A DNA stretch of 64,000 bases from Candidatus Sulfomarinibacteraceae bacterium (GTDB taxonomy: Bacteria; Acidobacteriota; Thermoanaerobaculia; Thermoanaerobaculales; Sulfomarinibacteraceae). Under the pieces are notes generated by a model. That model saw only the letters and a list, made by a program, of their open reading frames with translations, did no database searches and was not told where the DNA came from. The translations under genes and the position numbers were made by a program. Below, one piece after another: positions 22,021 to 31,706 of the stretch. The DNA lies in the NCBI GenBank assembly GCA_963796455.1, contig CAWCLO010000010.1, positions 544,001 to 608,000 of the forward strand. The letters run 5' to 3'. Numbering within the stretch: the stretch's first letter is position 1; each line of letters opens with the position of its first letter.

Positions 22021-23545
22021 GGGCGGCCTCCGGGTGTTCCTTGAGGAAGAGATCCACTGCCGCCGTGATCAACGCCGACAACTCCTCCTCGGTCTTTTCA
22101 TCGAGGACTCCGGTGCTGGTGATTCGATCGAGTATTTCGGCGCCGTTGTCCAGGGCATAACGATGGAGACTGGGCTGGATGGCGCCGACGGCAGAAACGT
22201 TGAGCTTGTCGAAGAGACCATTGGTGCCACCGTAGATAGAAACGATCTGCAGAACCACCGGAACCGGTCGGTATTGACCCTGCTTGAGGAGCTCCATCAG
22301 GCGCTCGCCGCGGGCCAACTGGCGCTGAGTGGCCTTGTCGAGATCGGAACCGAACTGTGCAAACGCCGCCAACTCACGATATTGAGCCAGATTGAGTCGC
22401 AGCGATCCGGCAATGGATTTCATGGCCTTGATCTGAGCGTTGCCGCCGACCCGGCTCACCGAGAGACCGACGTTCACCGCCGGCCGCTGACCGGCAAAGA
22501 AGAGGTCTGACTCGAGGAAGATCTGTCCGTCGGTAATGGAAATCACGTTGGTAGGAATATAGGCCGAGAGATCGCCCATCTGGGTTTCGATCACCGGCAA
22601 CGCGGTCAGACTGCCGCCGCCGAGTTCGTTGTTGAGCTTTGCGGCGCGCTCGAGAAGCCGCGAGTGGAGATAGAAAACGTCGCCGGGATAGGCCTCGCGA
22701 CCGGGTGGGCGCCGCAGCAGGAGCGAGATTTCGCGGTAGGCCTGGGCGTGCTTGGTCAGGTCGTCGTAAAAACAGATCGCGTGGCCCTCGTTGTACATGA
22801 AGTACTCGCCGAGCGCCGCGCCGGCATAGGGCGCGAGATACTGCAGCGGCGCCGGCTCGGAAGCGGTCGCCGACACGATGATCGTGTGCTCCATGGCGCC
22901 GTTTTTCTCGAGGGTGGCGATCACCTGGGCCACGGTCGAGGCTTTCTGGCCGATGGCGACGTAGATGCAGACGTTGCCGGTGCCCTTCTGATTGATGATC
23001 GAGTCAAGGATCACCGCTGTTTTTCCGGTCTGTCGGTCACCGATGATGAGCTCGCGCTGACCGCGACCGATCGGAATCATGGCATCGATGGCCATGATGC
23101 CGGTCTGCATCGGCTCTTTCACTCCCTGGCGGGCCACGACTCCGGGCGCGGTGCGCTCGAGCGGATAGTTTTCCACCGAGACCACGGGGCCCTTACCGTC
23201 GAGGGGTCTGCCGAGTGGGTCGACCACCCTTCCGACCAGCTCCGGGCCGACCGGTATATTGAGGATGCGCTTGGTGCGCTTGGCCTGGTCGCCCTCCTGA
23301 ACGAGGTGGACTTCGCCCATCAGCACGCAACCCACATTGTCGTCCTCGAGGTTGAGGGCGAGGCCGAAGACGTCGTGCGGGAGCTCGATCAACTCACCCG
23401 CCATCGCGCCATCGAGGCCGTAGATGCGGGCGATACCATCTCCGACGGAGATGACCGTACCGACCTCGGACATGTCGATGGTGGTTTCGAATCCTTCGAT
23501 TTGGCGGCGGATGATGTCCGCGATTTCGGCGGCTTTGATTTGCAT
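22013..23545 (-). CDS. atpA: ATP synthase F1 alpha
   Basis: [28 protein letters not shown]. Confidence 0.98.
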
Positions 23546-23548
23546 GTC

Positions 23549-24100
23549 TTACCCCTGTTCGATCTCGATCTCTTTGCTCAAGCGATTCAATTCACCAGCC
23601 AGCGAGCCATCAAAGACCCGCGACCCAACTTGCATTTTGAAGCCACCCAGGAGTTCCCGATCGGCGCCGAAATCGGCGACCACTGAAGCTCCCTCGACGG
23701 CCGAGATGGCCTCCACCAGACGACGCTGTTCACTTTCTTCGAGGTCGACGGCGGTCTCGACCCGCGCCCGGACACGGCCGAGGCTCTGATCGACGAGCTC
23801 GCGGTATGTCTCCGCGATATCTTGCATGTGTTGCATCCGGTAATGCTGTTGAACAACATGCAGGAAGCGGCGCGTCGGTTGCCCGATCTCCAAGGCGTCG
23901 ATGACCGAGTCCAGGATCTTGGACTTGGTCTCCACCGGGACCATCGGGGTGACGAGAACACGCTCGAAATCGGGCACGGCGTCAAGCGCCTCCACCACCC
24001 GATCGAGCTCCCCAGCCACCCCTTCGGCGCGCTGCGGGTCCTCTTTCTGAACAACCGTCAAAAGCGCCTTGGCGTACGGCTGCGCTCTGAAGCGGCCCAT
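23549..24100 (-). CDS. atpH: ATP synthase F1 delta
   Basis: YAKAL N-terminus, LLGG...VG..V.DGS C-terminus, operon position. Confidence 0.92.
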   Translation of the reverse strand: MGRFRAQPYAKALLTVVQKEDPQRAEGVAGELDRVVEALDAVPDFERVLVTPMVPVETKSKILDSVIDALEIGQPTRRFLHVVQQHYRMQHMQDIAETYRELVDQSLGRVRARVETAVDLEESEQRRLVEAISAVEGASVVADFGADRELLGGFKMQVGSRVFDGSLAGELNRLSKEIEIEQG

Positions 24101-24102
24101 CT

Positions 24103-24699
24103 CTACTCCTTGCCCTCGAGGGATTTCATGGCGTCGAGGCTGCGCTCGAGCACTCTCCGGCGATCGTCGTCGGTCATCTCCCGCTCGAGAAGGTCTCGCG
24201 CCAGCTGCGCCGTGAGGTCGGTGGCGTCCTGGGCGAGCCGCGCCCGTGTCTCGGCCTCACGTCGCGAGATCTCATCCTCAACCCGGTTGAGAAAGCGCTC
24301 TTCCTCGACCTTGGTCTGGTCGGCGATTCGCTCCGCCTCGGCCGCACCATCCTGTTCGGCCCGCGCCCGGAGTTCGGCGATTTCGCTTTCGACATCGGTG
24401 AGGCGTTTGGCGGCGTCGGCCTGCAGACGGTCCGCCTCTTCCAATTGCTTGCGGGCGTTCTGCAATTCTTCGGCAATGCCGTTGCGGCGCGATTCGAGCG
24501 ATGCCATCATTGGTTTGCCCACCAGGCGGCTCAATACATAGAGGAAGAGAATCAGATTGACCGGTAACCAGATGTAGTCCGGGATACCGAGGTGGGTCTG
24601 ACCCTCGTCAACCAGATAGGCCAGAATCAGAGCGAGAATGAAGAGGACGATCCAAGCGATCGGAAACGAGCGCCCTCCCGCAGCCTTTGGACGTGTCAT
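24103..24699 (-). CDS. atpF: ATP synthase Fo subunit b
   Basis: N-terminal TM segments then a charged coiled coil; operon position. Confidence 0.85.
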   Translation of the reverse strand: MTRPKAAGGRSFPIAWIVLFILALILAYLVDEGQTHLGIPDYIWLPVNLILFLYVLSRLVGKPMMASLESRRNGIAEELQNARKQLEEADRLQADAAKRLTDVESEIAELRARAEQDGAAEAERIADQTKVEEERFLNRVEDEISRREAETRARLAQDATDLTAQLARDLLEREMTDDDRRRVLERSLDAMKSLEGKE

Positions 24700-25127
24700 A
24701 CGCGCAGCTCCCGTCCGAGCAGTCTGCCGGCCAGCAATCTCGCCAGTTCTTCGACCCGGGTGCGGAGGTCGCCGCGAACCGCGTCGGCTTCGCGGTCGAG
24801 ATCTTCGAGAACCGCATTGAGGCGCTCGTCGGCCTTGGCGCGGGCTTCGTCAAGGGTTTTCTGCCGGGCGTCCATGGCGAGTTGGCGTGCGTCGGCGCGA
24901 ACTTTCCCCGCATCCCTGGCGGCGCTCGCGACCTCCTCCTCGACCTTGGCGACGGCGGTGAGAAATTCCTCGTTCTTTGCCGACCACTCCATTTGTGCTT
25001 CGTCAATTCGGTGATGCCGGTCGTCCATGACGGCAGCAACCGGACGAATCAAAAAACGGTTGACGATCCACAGGGTCACCCAGAAGCAGATCATCACAAA
25101 AATCAACGACATATTCGGAGGGGTCAT
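24696..25127 (-). CDS. ATP synthase Fo subunit b'
   Basis: TM helix plus coiled coil (FLIRPV...R...I); upstream TTGACC-N17-TAGCTT promoter. Confidence 0.85.
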   Translation of the reverse strand: MTPPNMSLIFVMICFWVTLWIVNRFLIRPVAAVMDDRHHRIDEAQMEWSAKNEEFLTAVAKVEEEVASAARDAGKVRADARQLAMDARQKTLDEARAKADERLNAVLEDLDREADAVRGDLRTRVEELARLLAGRLLGRELRV

Positions 25128-25212
25128 AGGCCGCTCCCAGAGCGATCCGCTCCCAAGCTCAGCCTTGTGCTCAGCAAGGGGCGGCTCAAGCTAACAAATT
25201 CCCCAAGCAGGG

Positions 25213-25587
25213 TCAAGACGTAGGCGCAGCTTTGTTTGTGTTTTTCTTCACAACTTTGGAGTCCATGCTCACCGAGCCTTCGAGAAAGGCTCCATCCTCC
25301 ATCACGAGGGCCGGGGTCTGGATGTCAGCCCACACCTTGGCGGTGTCGTGGAGGAAAACCTGTTCGGTGGCGCGGATGCTGCCGCGAACCTCGCCGCCGA
25401 TCACACAACGGGCGACCTCGAGCTCACCCTCCACCACGCCGCCCTCACCAACCACCAACTCGGCTTTCGAGCGGACGGTCCCCTCGACGCGCCCATCGAC
25501 GCGGAAATAGGTCGAAAACTCGAGTTCTCCTCGAATTGTGCACCCGGAATCGACAAAACCATTGAGGGAATCTCCTCCTCGAGCCAT
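25213..25587 (-). CDS. Bactofilin (polymer-forming cytoskeletal protein)
   Basis: Beta-helix repeats I.G.L, VDG.V.G, VG..G.V.G, GA.L.G. Confidence 0.9.
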   Translation of the reverse strand: MARGGDSLNGFVDSGCTIRGELEFSTYFRVDGRVEGTVRSKAELVVGEGGVVEGELEVARCVIGGEVRGSIRATEQVFLHDTAKVWADIQTPALVMEDGAFLEGSVSMDSKVVKKNTNKAAPTS

Positions 25588-26444
25588 TACGCACCCCCCA
25601 TCAAGAGATCGAATATTCGCATGAGCTCTTCCTGATCAACCGCTGAAATAACCACCCGGCCGCCTCGCCCCCGATTCAGAATCTCAACCGGGGCACCCAG
25701 CTTCAACGAAAGCTTTTCCGCCGCGGCGAGCATATTCGGATCTGGCGTCGGCGGGGTTTTCCGCCGAACAGGGGCCGCCTCGGCGCGGGCTTCTTTGGCT
25801 GCGCGTTCCACGTCTCGGACGCTGAGAGCCTCTTCGACGGCCCGCCGGGCCCAGCTCAGGCGCAATGCCTCGTCAGCAAAGGCGAGGAGGGCTCGACCAT
25901 GCCCCGCCGAAAGGTCGCCGAGCTCAACAAGCTCTTGTATTTCGTTCTGTAACTTCAATAAACGCAATGAGTTAGCAACGGTGCTCCGATCCATGCCGAC
26001 GCGTGTCGCGATCTCGGCCTGGGACAGGCCGAGACTCGTTCTGAGGTGTTCGAAAGCCCGCGCCTCTTCCATCGGTGTGAGGTCCCGTCGTTGCAGATTC
26101 TCGACCAACGCCAACTCGAGTTGGTCGGCCGCCACCAACCGTTCCCGGATCACCGCCGGGACTGTCTTCAGCCCGGCCATCCTGGCCGCGCGCCATCGCC
26201 GCTCGCCGGTGACCAGGACATATCGATCGGGTCCGTCTTCCGAGACCAGCAGGGGTTGCAGCACGCCGTGGCGCTCGATGGACGCCGCCAACTCTGCAAG
26301 CCCCTCTTCGTCGAAACGGTGCCGGGGCTGGTGAGGATTCGGTCGTAGCCTGTCGATCGAAATCTCCGCCATGCCCTCCCGCGCCTGCGTTGTGTCCGGA
26401 ATCAGGGCCTTCAATCCGCGCCCGAGGGCCTGTTTAGCGGACAT
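25587..26444 (-). CDS. parB: Chromosome partitioning protein ParB
   Basis: ALGRGL, NPHQPR, GERRWRAA, ENLQR, HTH. Confidence 0.96.
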   Translation of the reverse strand: MSAKQALGRGLKALIPDTTQAREGMAEISIDRLRPNPHQPRHRFDEEGLAELAASIERHGVLQPLLVSEDGPDRYVLVTGERRWRAARMAGLKTVPAVIRERLVAADQLELALVENLQRRDLTPMEEARAFEHLRTSLGLSQAEIATRVGMDRSTVANSLRLLKLQNEIQELVELGDLSAGHGRALLAFADEALRLSWARRAVEEALSVRDVERAAKEARAEAAPVRRKTPPTPDPNMLAAAEKLSLKLGAPVEILNRGRGGRVVISAVDQEELMRIFDLLMGGA

Positions 26445-27225
26445 GGGCTGCCTCCATCCTCTGCAGATACTCCCGCCCGAGTTCGAGATAAGCCTGCGAT
26501 CCACGGCTTCGGAGGTCATAGGCGTGGATCGGTCGCCCAAAAGAGGGCGCCTCAGCCAACCTCACGTTGCGCGGCACGACCGACTGAAAGACCAGGTCGC
26601 CAAAGACCGACCGAACCTCCTCGGCGACCTGTTGCGCGAGATTGGTTCGTTCGTCATACATGGTCAGCAGCACACCATCAATCGAGAGGTTGGGGTTGAG
26701 GTATCGCCGAACCTCCTCCACCGTCTTCATCAGCATTGAAACCCCTTCCATTGCGTAGTACTCGCACTGGATGGGAACGACAAGCCCATCTGCGGCGGCC
26801 AGGGCGTTGACCGTCAAAAGACTCAAAGAAGGGGGACAATCCACCAGCACAAAGCGAAACCGCGAGACTTCGTCTGCGGCCAGCGCGTCGCGAAGCCGGA
26901 ATTCCCGCCCGACCATGCCAACCAGTTCGACCTCCGCCCCGGCCAAGTCCGGGGTGGCGGGAACCACCGAAAGGTGGGGAAACTCCGACGGTTGAGCGAC
27001 TTCATCGACCGTCGCATCGCCCAGAAGCACATCATAGGATGTCCGTCGCCCATTCTGCGCGTCAAAGCCGAGCCCCGAACTGCAATTGGACTGGGGATCA
27101 AAGTCCACCAAAAGAGTCTTTTTCTCATAGGCCGCGAGAGCCGCACCGAGATTGATCGTGGTGGTGGTTTTTCCGACCCCGCCCTTCTGGTTGACGACGG
27201 CGACAATCCGCGCCTTTCCGCTCAT
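26434..27225 (-). CDS. parA: Chromosome partitioning ATPase ParA/Soj
   Basis: NQKGGVGKTT, DPQ.N, DCPPSL, PRNVRLAEAPS. Confidence 0.96.
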   Translation of the reverse strand: MSGKARIVAVVNQKGGVGKTTTTINLGAALAAYEKKTLLVDFDPQSNCSSGLGFDAQNGRRTSYDVLLGDATVDEVAQPSEFPHLSVVPATPDLAGAEVELVGMVGREFRLRDALAADEVSRFRFVLVDCPPSLSLLTVNALAAADGLVVPIQCEYYAMEGVSMLMKTVEEVRRYLNPNLSIDGVLLTMYDERTNLAQQVAEEVRSVFGDLVFQSVVPRNVRLAEAPSFGRPIHAYDLRSRGSQAYLELGREYLQRMEAAHVR

Positions 27226-27291
27226 AGATCCCTCCCGCACACCACCCTCCGGGGGGCACCAATGACTGATTTCAGAAGGCGTCGTAGAATT

Positions 27292-27307
27292 TGTTTCACG
27301 TGGAACA
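27292..27307. promoter_or_regulatory. parS site
   Basis: TGTTTCACGTGGAACA matches the consensus TGTTNCACGTGAAACA on the opposite strand; overlaps the rsmG stop. Confidence 0.9.
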
Positions 27308-27892
27308 TTGTCGCAAACGTACAAGCCGGCCGCGATCAAGGCCGGGTAGTTGCGAGCTTAACACACGCCACCCCGACGGCTCTCCCAGGTCCCGCTCCCC
27401 ATCCTCGGTCGTCCAAACGAGGACCTCACCACACTCATCCAACCGCCCGCCCGCCCACTCCACAATCGCTTCGTGGGAACCCACCGCTCTCGCGGTCACG
27501 GCCGTGAACAGCCCATCTTCATGAAAATCCTGGTATCGGACCCGCTCGACCCGGGCGTCGAGACCGAGTTCACGGATGACCAGACGCAGAAAAGCCCAAC
27601 GCTTCTGCCGCGGTTCGAGCAGGACCCCCTGCCACCCCGGCAGCACAGCCAGAAGCGGAACCCCAGGCAGACCCGCGCCACTCCCCACATCGAGCAGGTT
27701 GCCCGCCGGGGGAAGAAGGTCTCGCGCTGCCAGCGCATCCCCAATGTGCCGCTCCACGAGCTCCTTTCGGCTGCCGAAGCGGACCAGGTTATGGCGCGCG
27801 GACCAGCGCTCGAGGAGGCGGGCATAACACACCAGGCGATCGAGCCCATCACCCGAACCATAGGGCGCCAGGAGATCAACAAAGGAGGTCAT
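27296..27892 (-). CDS. rsmG: 16S rRNA m7G527 methyltransferase
   Basis: W...HNL, HI.D, DVGSGAGLPG, KR.AFL, TARAV. Confidence 0.92.
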   Translation of the reverse strand: MTSFVDLLAPYGSGDGLDRLVCYARLLERWSARHNLVRFGSRKELVERHIGDALAARDLLPPAGNLLDVGSGAGLPGVPLLAVLPGWQGVLLEPRQKRWAFLRLVIRELGLDARVERVRYQDFHEDGLFTAVTARAVGSHEAIVEWAGGRLDECGEVLVWTTEDGERDLGEPSGWRVLSSQLPGLDRGRLVRLRQCST

Positions 27893-27949
27893 CGCGCACC
27901 AGCAACATCGTCCTGCATTATCCACCACCCCGACCCATCGCTGCGGTGC

Positions 27950-29806
27950 CTATTTTCCGCCGCCGACACGGGCGGCAAGAATGGCGAGCGCCGCCGGCGT
28001 CATGGCGGGCAGGCGCTCGGCTTCGGCAAGCGTTTTGGGTTGCTCGCGGAGGATGTTTTCGGCGATTTCCCGCGACAAGCCGGGGAGCGCCCTCGGGTCG
28101 AGATCCGGCGGAATCGCCACATGCCGTAGCCGTTTGATCCGTTCTTGCTCCCGTTCGCTGCGTTTGAGATAACCCTCATAACGCAGTTGCCCGATCACGA
28201 TCCTCCGGTCTTCGGAGGAAAGACCGCTGAAATGGGGGAGTTCGGCCGCCACCTTTTCGGCTTCAACGTCCTGTCGCCGCAGAATCTGGGCCCATGTCGC
28301 CGGGTTGGTCAACTCGATCCCCGCGAGCTCCTGCAGGATGGCCCGGGTCTCCCTGTCGGGGTTGAGGCGCTCGTTTTCAAGCTCCTCTCGCGCCCCTCTG
28401 CGCCGCTCCCACCGCGCATGTTCCACGTGAAACATCCGGTCTGCAACCAACCCGAAGCGCCGACCATCCGGCATCATGCGCTCCCGGGCCGAGTCAACAC
28501 CGAGAACCAATCGGTGTTCCGCCCTGGAAGTAAACATCCGGTAGGGCTCGCGATGTTCTCGCCCGCATACATCATCCACCAGCACGCCGAGGTACGAATT
28601 CTCGCGTCCCGGCACAAAGGGCTCCTCGCCCCTGTGCGCCAGGGCGATGTTGATCCCGGCGAGAATCCCCAGCGCCGCCGCCTCCTCGTATCCGGAGGTG
28701 CCGATCAACTGACCCGCCACATACAGACCGTCCACCGCCCGCGCCGCCAGATTGGTGGAGACCTGTTTCGGCGCGATCACGTCGTACTCGACGGCGTAGC
28801 CATACTGCAGAAAGTTCGCCTCCTCGAGACCCTCGATACTGTGGATGATCCGTTCCTGTACATCGGCAGGCAGACTTGTCGACAGACCGTTGACATAGAT
28901 GCGGTCGCTTTCCAGACCCTCCGGCTCGAGAAAGACCACGTGGTGTTCGTGGTGTGGAAATCGCACAACCTTGTCCTCGATCGATGGACAATACCGCGGC
29001 CCGACACCATCGATCTCGCCGCTGAAGAGGGGCGAGCGATGAATGTTCTCGCGGATGATCTCGCCAACCTCCAGCGGTGTTCGCGTCACCCAACACACAC
29101 AGCGATTTTCTACCGTTCTTCGGGTTCGCCACGAAAAGACTCTCGGAACCTCGTCTCCATGCTGTTCCTCGAGCATTTCGAGATCGAGACTCTTGCGAGA
29201 TAAGCGCGGCGGGGTTCCCGTCTTGAAGCGTCGCAGCTCGAGACCGAGCCGACGGAGATCCGCCCCGAGGGCCGAGCTGGGTCGTTCACCCAGGCGGCCC
29301 CCCGGTCGGCGGTCGTCGCCGGTATGGAGCAGGCCCCCGAGAAAGGTGCCCGTCGTCAGGAGCACCGCCCCCCCGAACAAGCGCCCACCAGAACTCAGAT
29401 GCACTCCCTTGACTCGGCGATCGTCCGTCAACAGCCCGGCGACCTCGTCCTCCACCAGCTCGACGCCGCGCAAACCCTCCACAACTCGGCGCATCACCGT
29501 GGCATACAGGATTTTGTCGCATTGCGCCCGCGGGCCCCACACCGCCGGCCCCCGAGAACGATTGAGCACTTTGAAGTGGATGCCCGCCCGGTCCGCCGCC
29601 CATCCCTGGAGCCCACCCAGCGCATCGAGTTCCGCCACCAGATGACCCTTGCCGATGCCACCGATCGCCGGGTTGCACGGCATCTGCGCCGCCGTTTCCC
29701 GATGCAGCGTGATCAGCGCGACCGAAAGGCCCATCCGTGACGCAGCCGCGGCAGCTTCACAGCCCGCGTGGCCGGCGCCCACAACCACCAGATCGAAGCT
29801 GTCCAT
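27950..29806 (-). CDS. mnmG: tRNA uridine-34 modification enzyme MnmG (GidA)
   Basis: GAGHAGCEAA, CNPAIGG, KTGTPPR, GPRYCPSIEDK, GYEEAA. Confidence 0.96.
   Translation of the reverse strand: MDSFDLVVVGAGHAGCEAAAAASRMGLSVALITLHRETAAQMPCNPAIGGIGKGHLVAELDALGGLQGWAADRAGIHFKVLNRSRGPAVWGPRAQCDKILYATVMRRVVEGLRGVELVEDEVAGLLTDDRRVKGVHLSSGGRLFGGAVLLTTGTFLGGLLHTGDDRRPGGRLGERPSSALGADLRRLGLELRRFKTGTPPRLSRKSLDLEMLEEQHGDEVPRVFSWRTRRTVENRCVCWVTRTPLEVGEIIRENIHRSPLFSGEIDGVGPRYCPSIEDKVVRFPHHEHHVVFLEPEGLESDRIYVNGLSTSLPADVQERIIHSIEGLEEANFLQYGYAVEYDVIAPKQVSTNLAARAVDGLYVAGQLIGTSGYEEAAALGILAGINIALAHRGEEPFVPGRENSYLGVLVDDVCGREHREPYRMFTSRAEHRLVLGVDSARERMMPDGRRFGLVADRMFHVEHARWERRRGAREELENERLNPDRETRAILQELAGIELTNPATWAQILRRQDVEAEKVAAELPHFSGLSSEDRRIVIGQLRYEGYLKRSEREQERIKRLRHVAIPPDLDPRALPGLSREIAENILREQPKTLAEAERLPAMTPAALAILAARVGGGK
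28419..28434. promoter_or_regulatory. parS site inside mnmG
   Basis: TGTTCCACGTGAAACA; read as MFHVEH in MnmG. Confidence 0.9.
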
Positions 29807-29809
29807 CGC

Positions 29810-31138
29810 CTATTTGCCGACACAAAAGGCGCTGTAGATCTCGTCGAGCACCTCTTCGGAATCGACCTCGCCCACCAGTTCGGAAATCGCGCTGAGGGCC
29901 CATCGGACCTGCTCGGCAGCAAGCTCTGGAGACTCCGCGGAACAACCCCGCAACTCCTGGTCGGCACGTTCAAGCGCGCGCCGGTGGCGAGCCGCTATGG
30001 CAACGGCCCCCCCGAGGTCCGGGATCTCACCGCTGGCCATATCCGCCAGCCGCCGGCGCAGGGAATCCAGGCCCTCACCCGTGCGGCACGAAACCGGAAG
30101 GCTCTCTCCTGCCATCGAGCGACCGGTGCCGAGGTCGGCCTTCGACGCGATTTTGATCGTCGCCACACCCTCGGGCAAGGCAGGCATCACCTCTTCGGGC
30201 CCGGCATCTGCAGCCCGCATCAGCAAAACGATGTCTGCGGCCGCGGCGGCGCCCATCGCGCGCCGGTGTCCTTCGGCCTCGACCGAACCTTCCGCCTGCC
30301 GCAGACCCGCCGTGTCCTGGAGGACGGAAGCCACACCACCAAGATCGATCTCGGCCTCGAGAACATCCCTCGTGGTTCCGGGGTGGGGAGAGACGATCGC
30401 CCGCTCAAAACCACACAAGGTGTTGAAAAGAGTGGATTTGCCTGAGTTTGGCGCACCCAGAATCACGATGCGCACGCCGTCTCGGATTCGTTTGCCGGCC
30501 GCCGCCGTCGCCAACTGTTCGGCGATTTTCGTGCGGCACGCCGCCAGCGGCCCCTCCATCTCCGCCGCCGCGACTTCCACACCCTGGGCCTGGTAGTCAA
30601 GGGCCGCCTCGATGGCGGCGAGAAGTGAGATCAAGCCCTGTCGCAACTCGGAGAAGGTCTGCGACAAAACACCATTCAGCTGCTGTCTCGCATTGTGGAG
30701 CTGCCAGCCGGTTTCGGCGTCCACGAGGTCGCGCACGGCCTCCGCCTGCACGAGATCCAACTTTCCATTGGCCACCGCGCGACGGGTGAACTCGCCCGGC
30801 TCGGCAAGCCGCGCGCCGGCCCCGACACAGGCCTCGATCACGGCCTCGACGAGATAGGGAGAACCGTGCACACTCAACTCGAGCATGTCCTCTCCCGTAT
30901 AGGACCGGGGAGCGAGGTAGGGCACGACCACTCCTCGCTCGATCTGCTCGCCATCGCGGCCGAATATTTCCACGAGGGCGGCCCGGCCGGCATGATCGAA
31001 ATCGGCTCGAGGGCAGACCACGCCGGCGACCCGTGCAGAATCGGGCCCGCTGAGCCGGATCACCGCCAGGGCGCCGCGGCCCGGAGCCGAGGCCCGGGCG
31101 ACGATGGTTTCAGCGCCGCCGGCGAGGGCGGATGACAA
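29810..31138 (-). CDS. mnmE: tRNA modification GTPase MnmE (TrmE)
   Basis: TI.A, IRLSG, SYTGED, GAPNSGKST, GTTRD, DTAG, FCVGK C-terminus; start uncertain (TTG 31138 chosen). Confidence 0.93.
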   Translation of the reverse strand: MSSALAGGAETIVARASAPGRGALAVIRLSGPDSARVAGVVCPRADFDHAGRAALVEIFGRDGEQIERGVVVPYLAPRSYTGEDMLELSVHGSPYLVEAVIEACVGAGARLAEPGEFTRRAVANGKLDLVQAEAVRDLVDAETGWQLHNARQQLNGVLSQTFSELRQGLISLLAAIEAALDYQAQGVEVAAAEMEGPLAACRTKIAEQLATAAAGKRIRDGVRIVILGAPNSGKSTLFNTLCGFERAIVSPHPGTTRDVLEAEIDLGGVASVLQDTAGLRQAEGSVEAEGHRRAMGAAAAADIVLLMRAADAGPEEVMPALPEGVATIKIASKADLGTGRSMAGESLPVSCRTGEGLDSLRRRLADMASGEIPDLGGAVAIAARHRRALERADQELRGCSAESPELAAEQVRWALSAISELVGEVDSEEVLDEIYSAFCVGK

Positions 31139-31706
31139 TCCGCTTGAGAAAGCCGTCGCCATCAGATTCGGTCTCCACTCCGGGGTCATCGGCCAGCGCG
31201 AGGTGAATCTCTCGGCGAGCCGCCGGGGTCAGCGGTCCAAGCGTGACCGGCGCGCCGCGCCGCAGCGCCTCGTCGGCTGCGGCCTCCGCCCGATCCTGAA
31301 GCTTCATCGCGCGCCGTTCTTTGAATCCGTCACAATCGAGGTGAACAGGAAGGTGTTCGGACAAGCGCCGGTTGAGAATGCGGTTGCAGAGATACTGCAG
31401 CGAATCCAGGCCACGACCGCCCGAAGCCGTCAACAACCCCAGATCGTTTCCTCGCAACTCCCCCTCGAGGGCATCCTCTCCGAGCTCGAGCTGCGCCGTG
31501 ATCTCCAGCCCACCCGAACGAAAAGATTCGGCTAGAAAAAGACCCAGAACGGCAACTGGATCGACTTCGGCGTCGACCTCGGCACCATCGCCCGAGTCAT
31601 CCACAACCTCGTAATGCAGCTCTTCCATGCGGGCTCGCAGCCCATGACTCGCCGCACTCAGTGCTTCGTCGAGGTTGGCGCCCGTGAAGCGCTTGGCCCT
31701 GGTCAT
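31110..31706 (-). CDS. jag: Jag/EloR/KhpB RNA-binding protein (Jag_N, KH, R3H)
   Basis: G.NLDEAL N-domain, G..LDSLQYL KH, RREIH R3H; follows yidC. Confidence 0.88.
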   Translation of the reverse strand: MTRAKRFTGANLDEALSAASHGLRARMEELHYEVVDDSGDGAEVDAEVDPVAVLGLFLAESFRSGGLEITAQLELGEDALEGELRGNDLGLLTASGGRGLDSLQYLCNRILNRRLSEHLPVHLDCDGFKERRAMKLQDRAEAAADEALRRGAPVTLGPLTPAARREIHLALADDPGVETESDGDGFLKRIVIRPRRRR

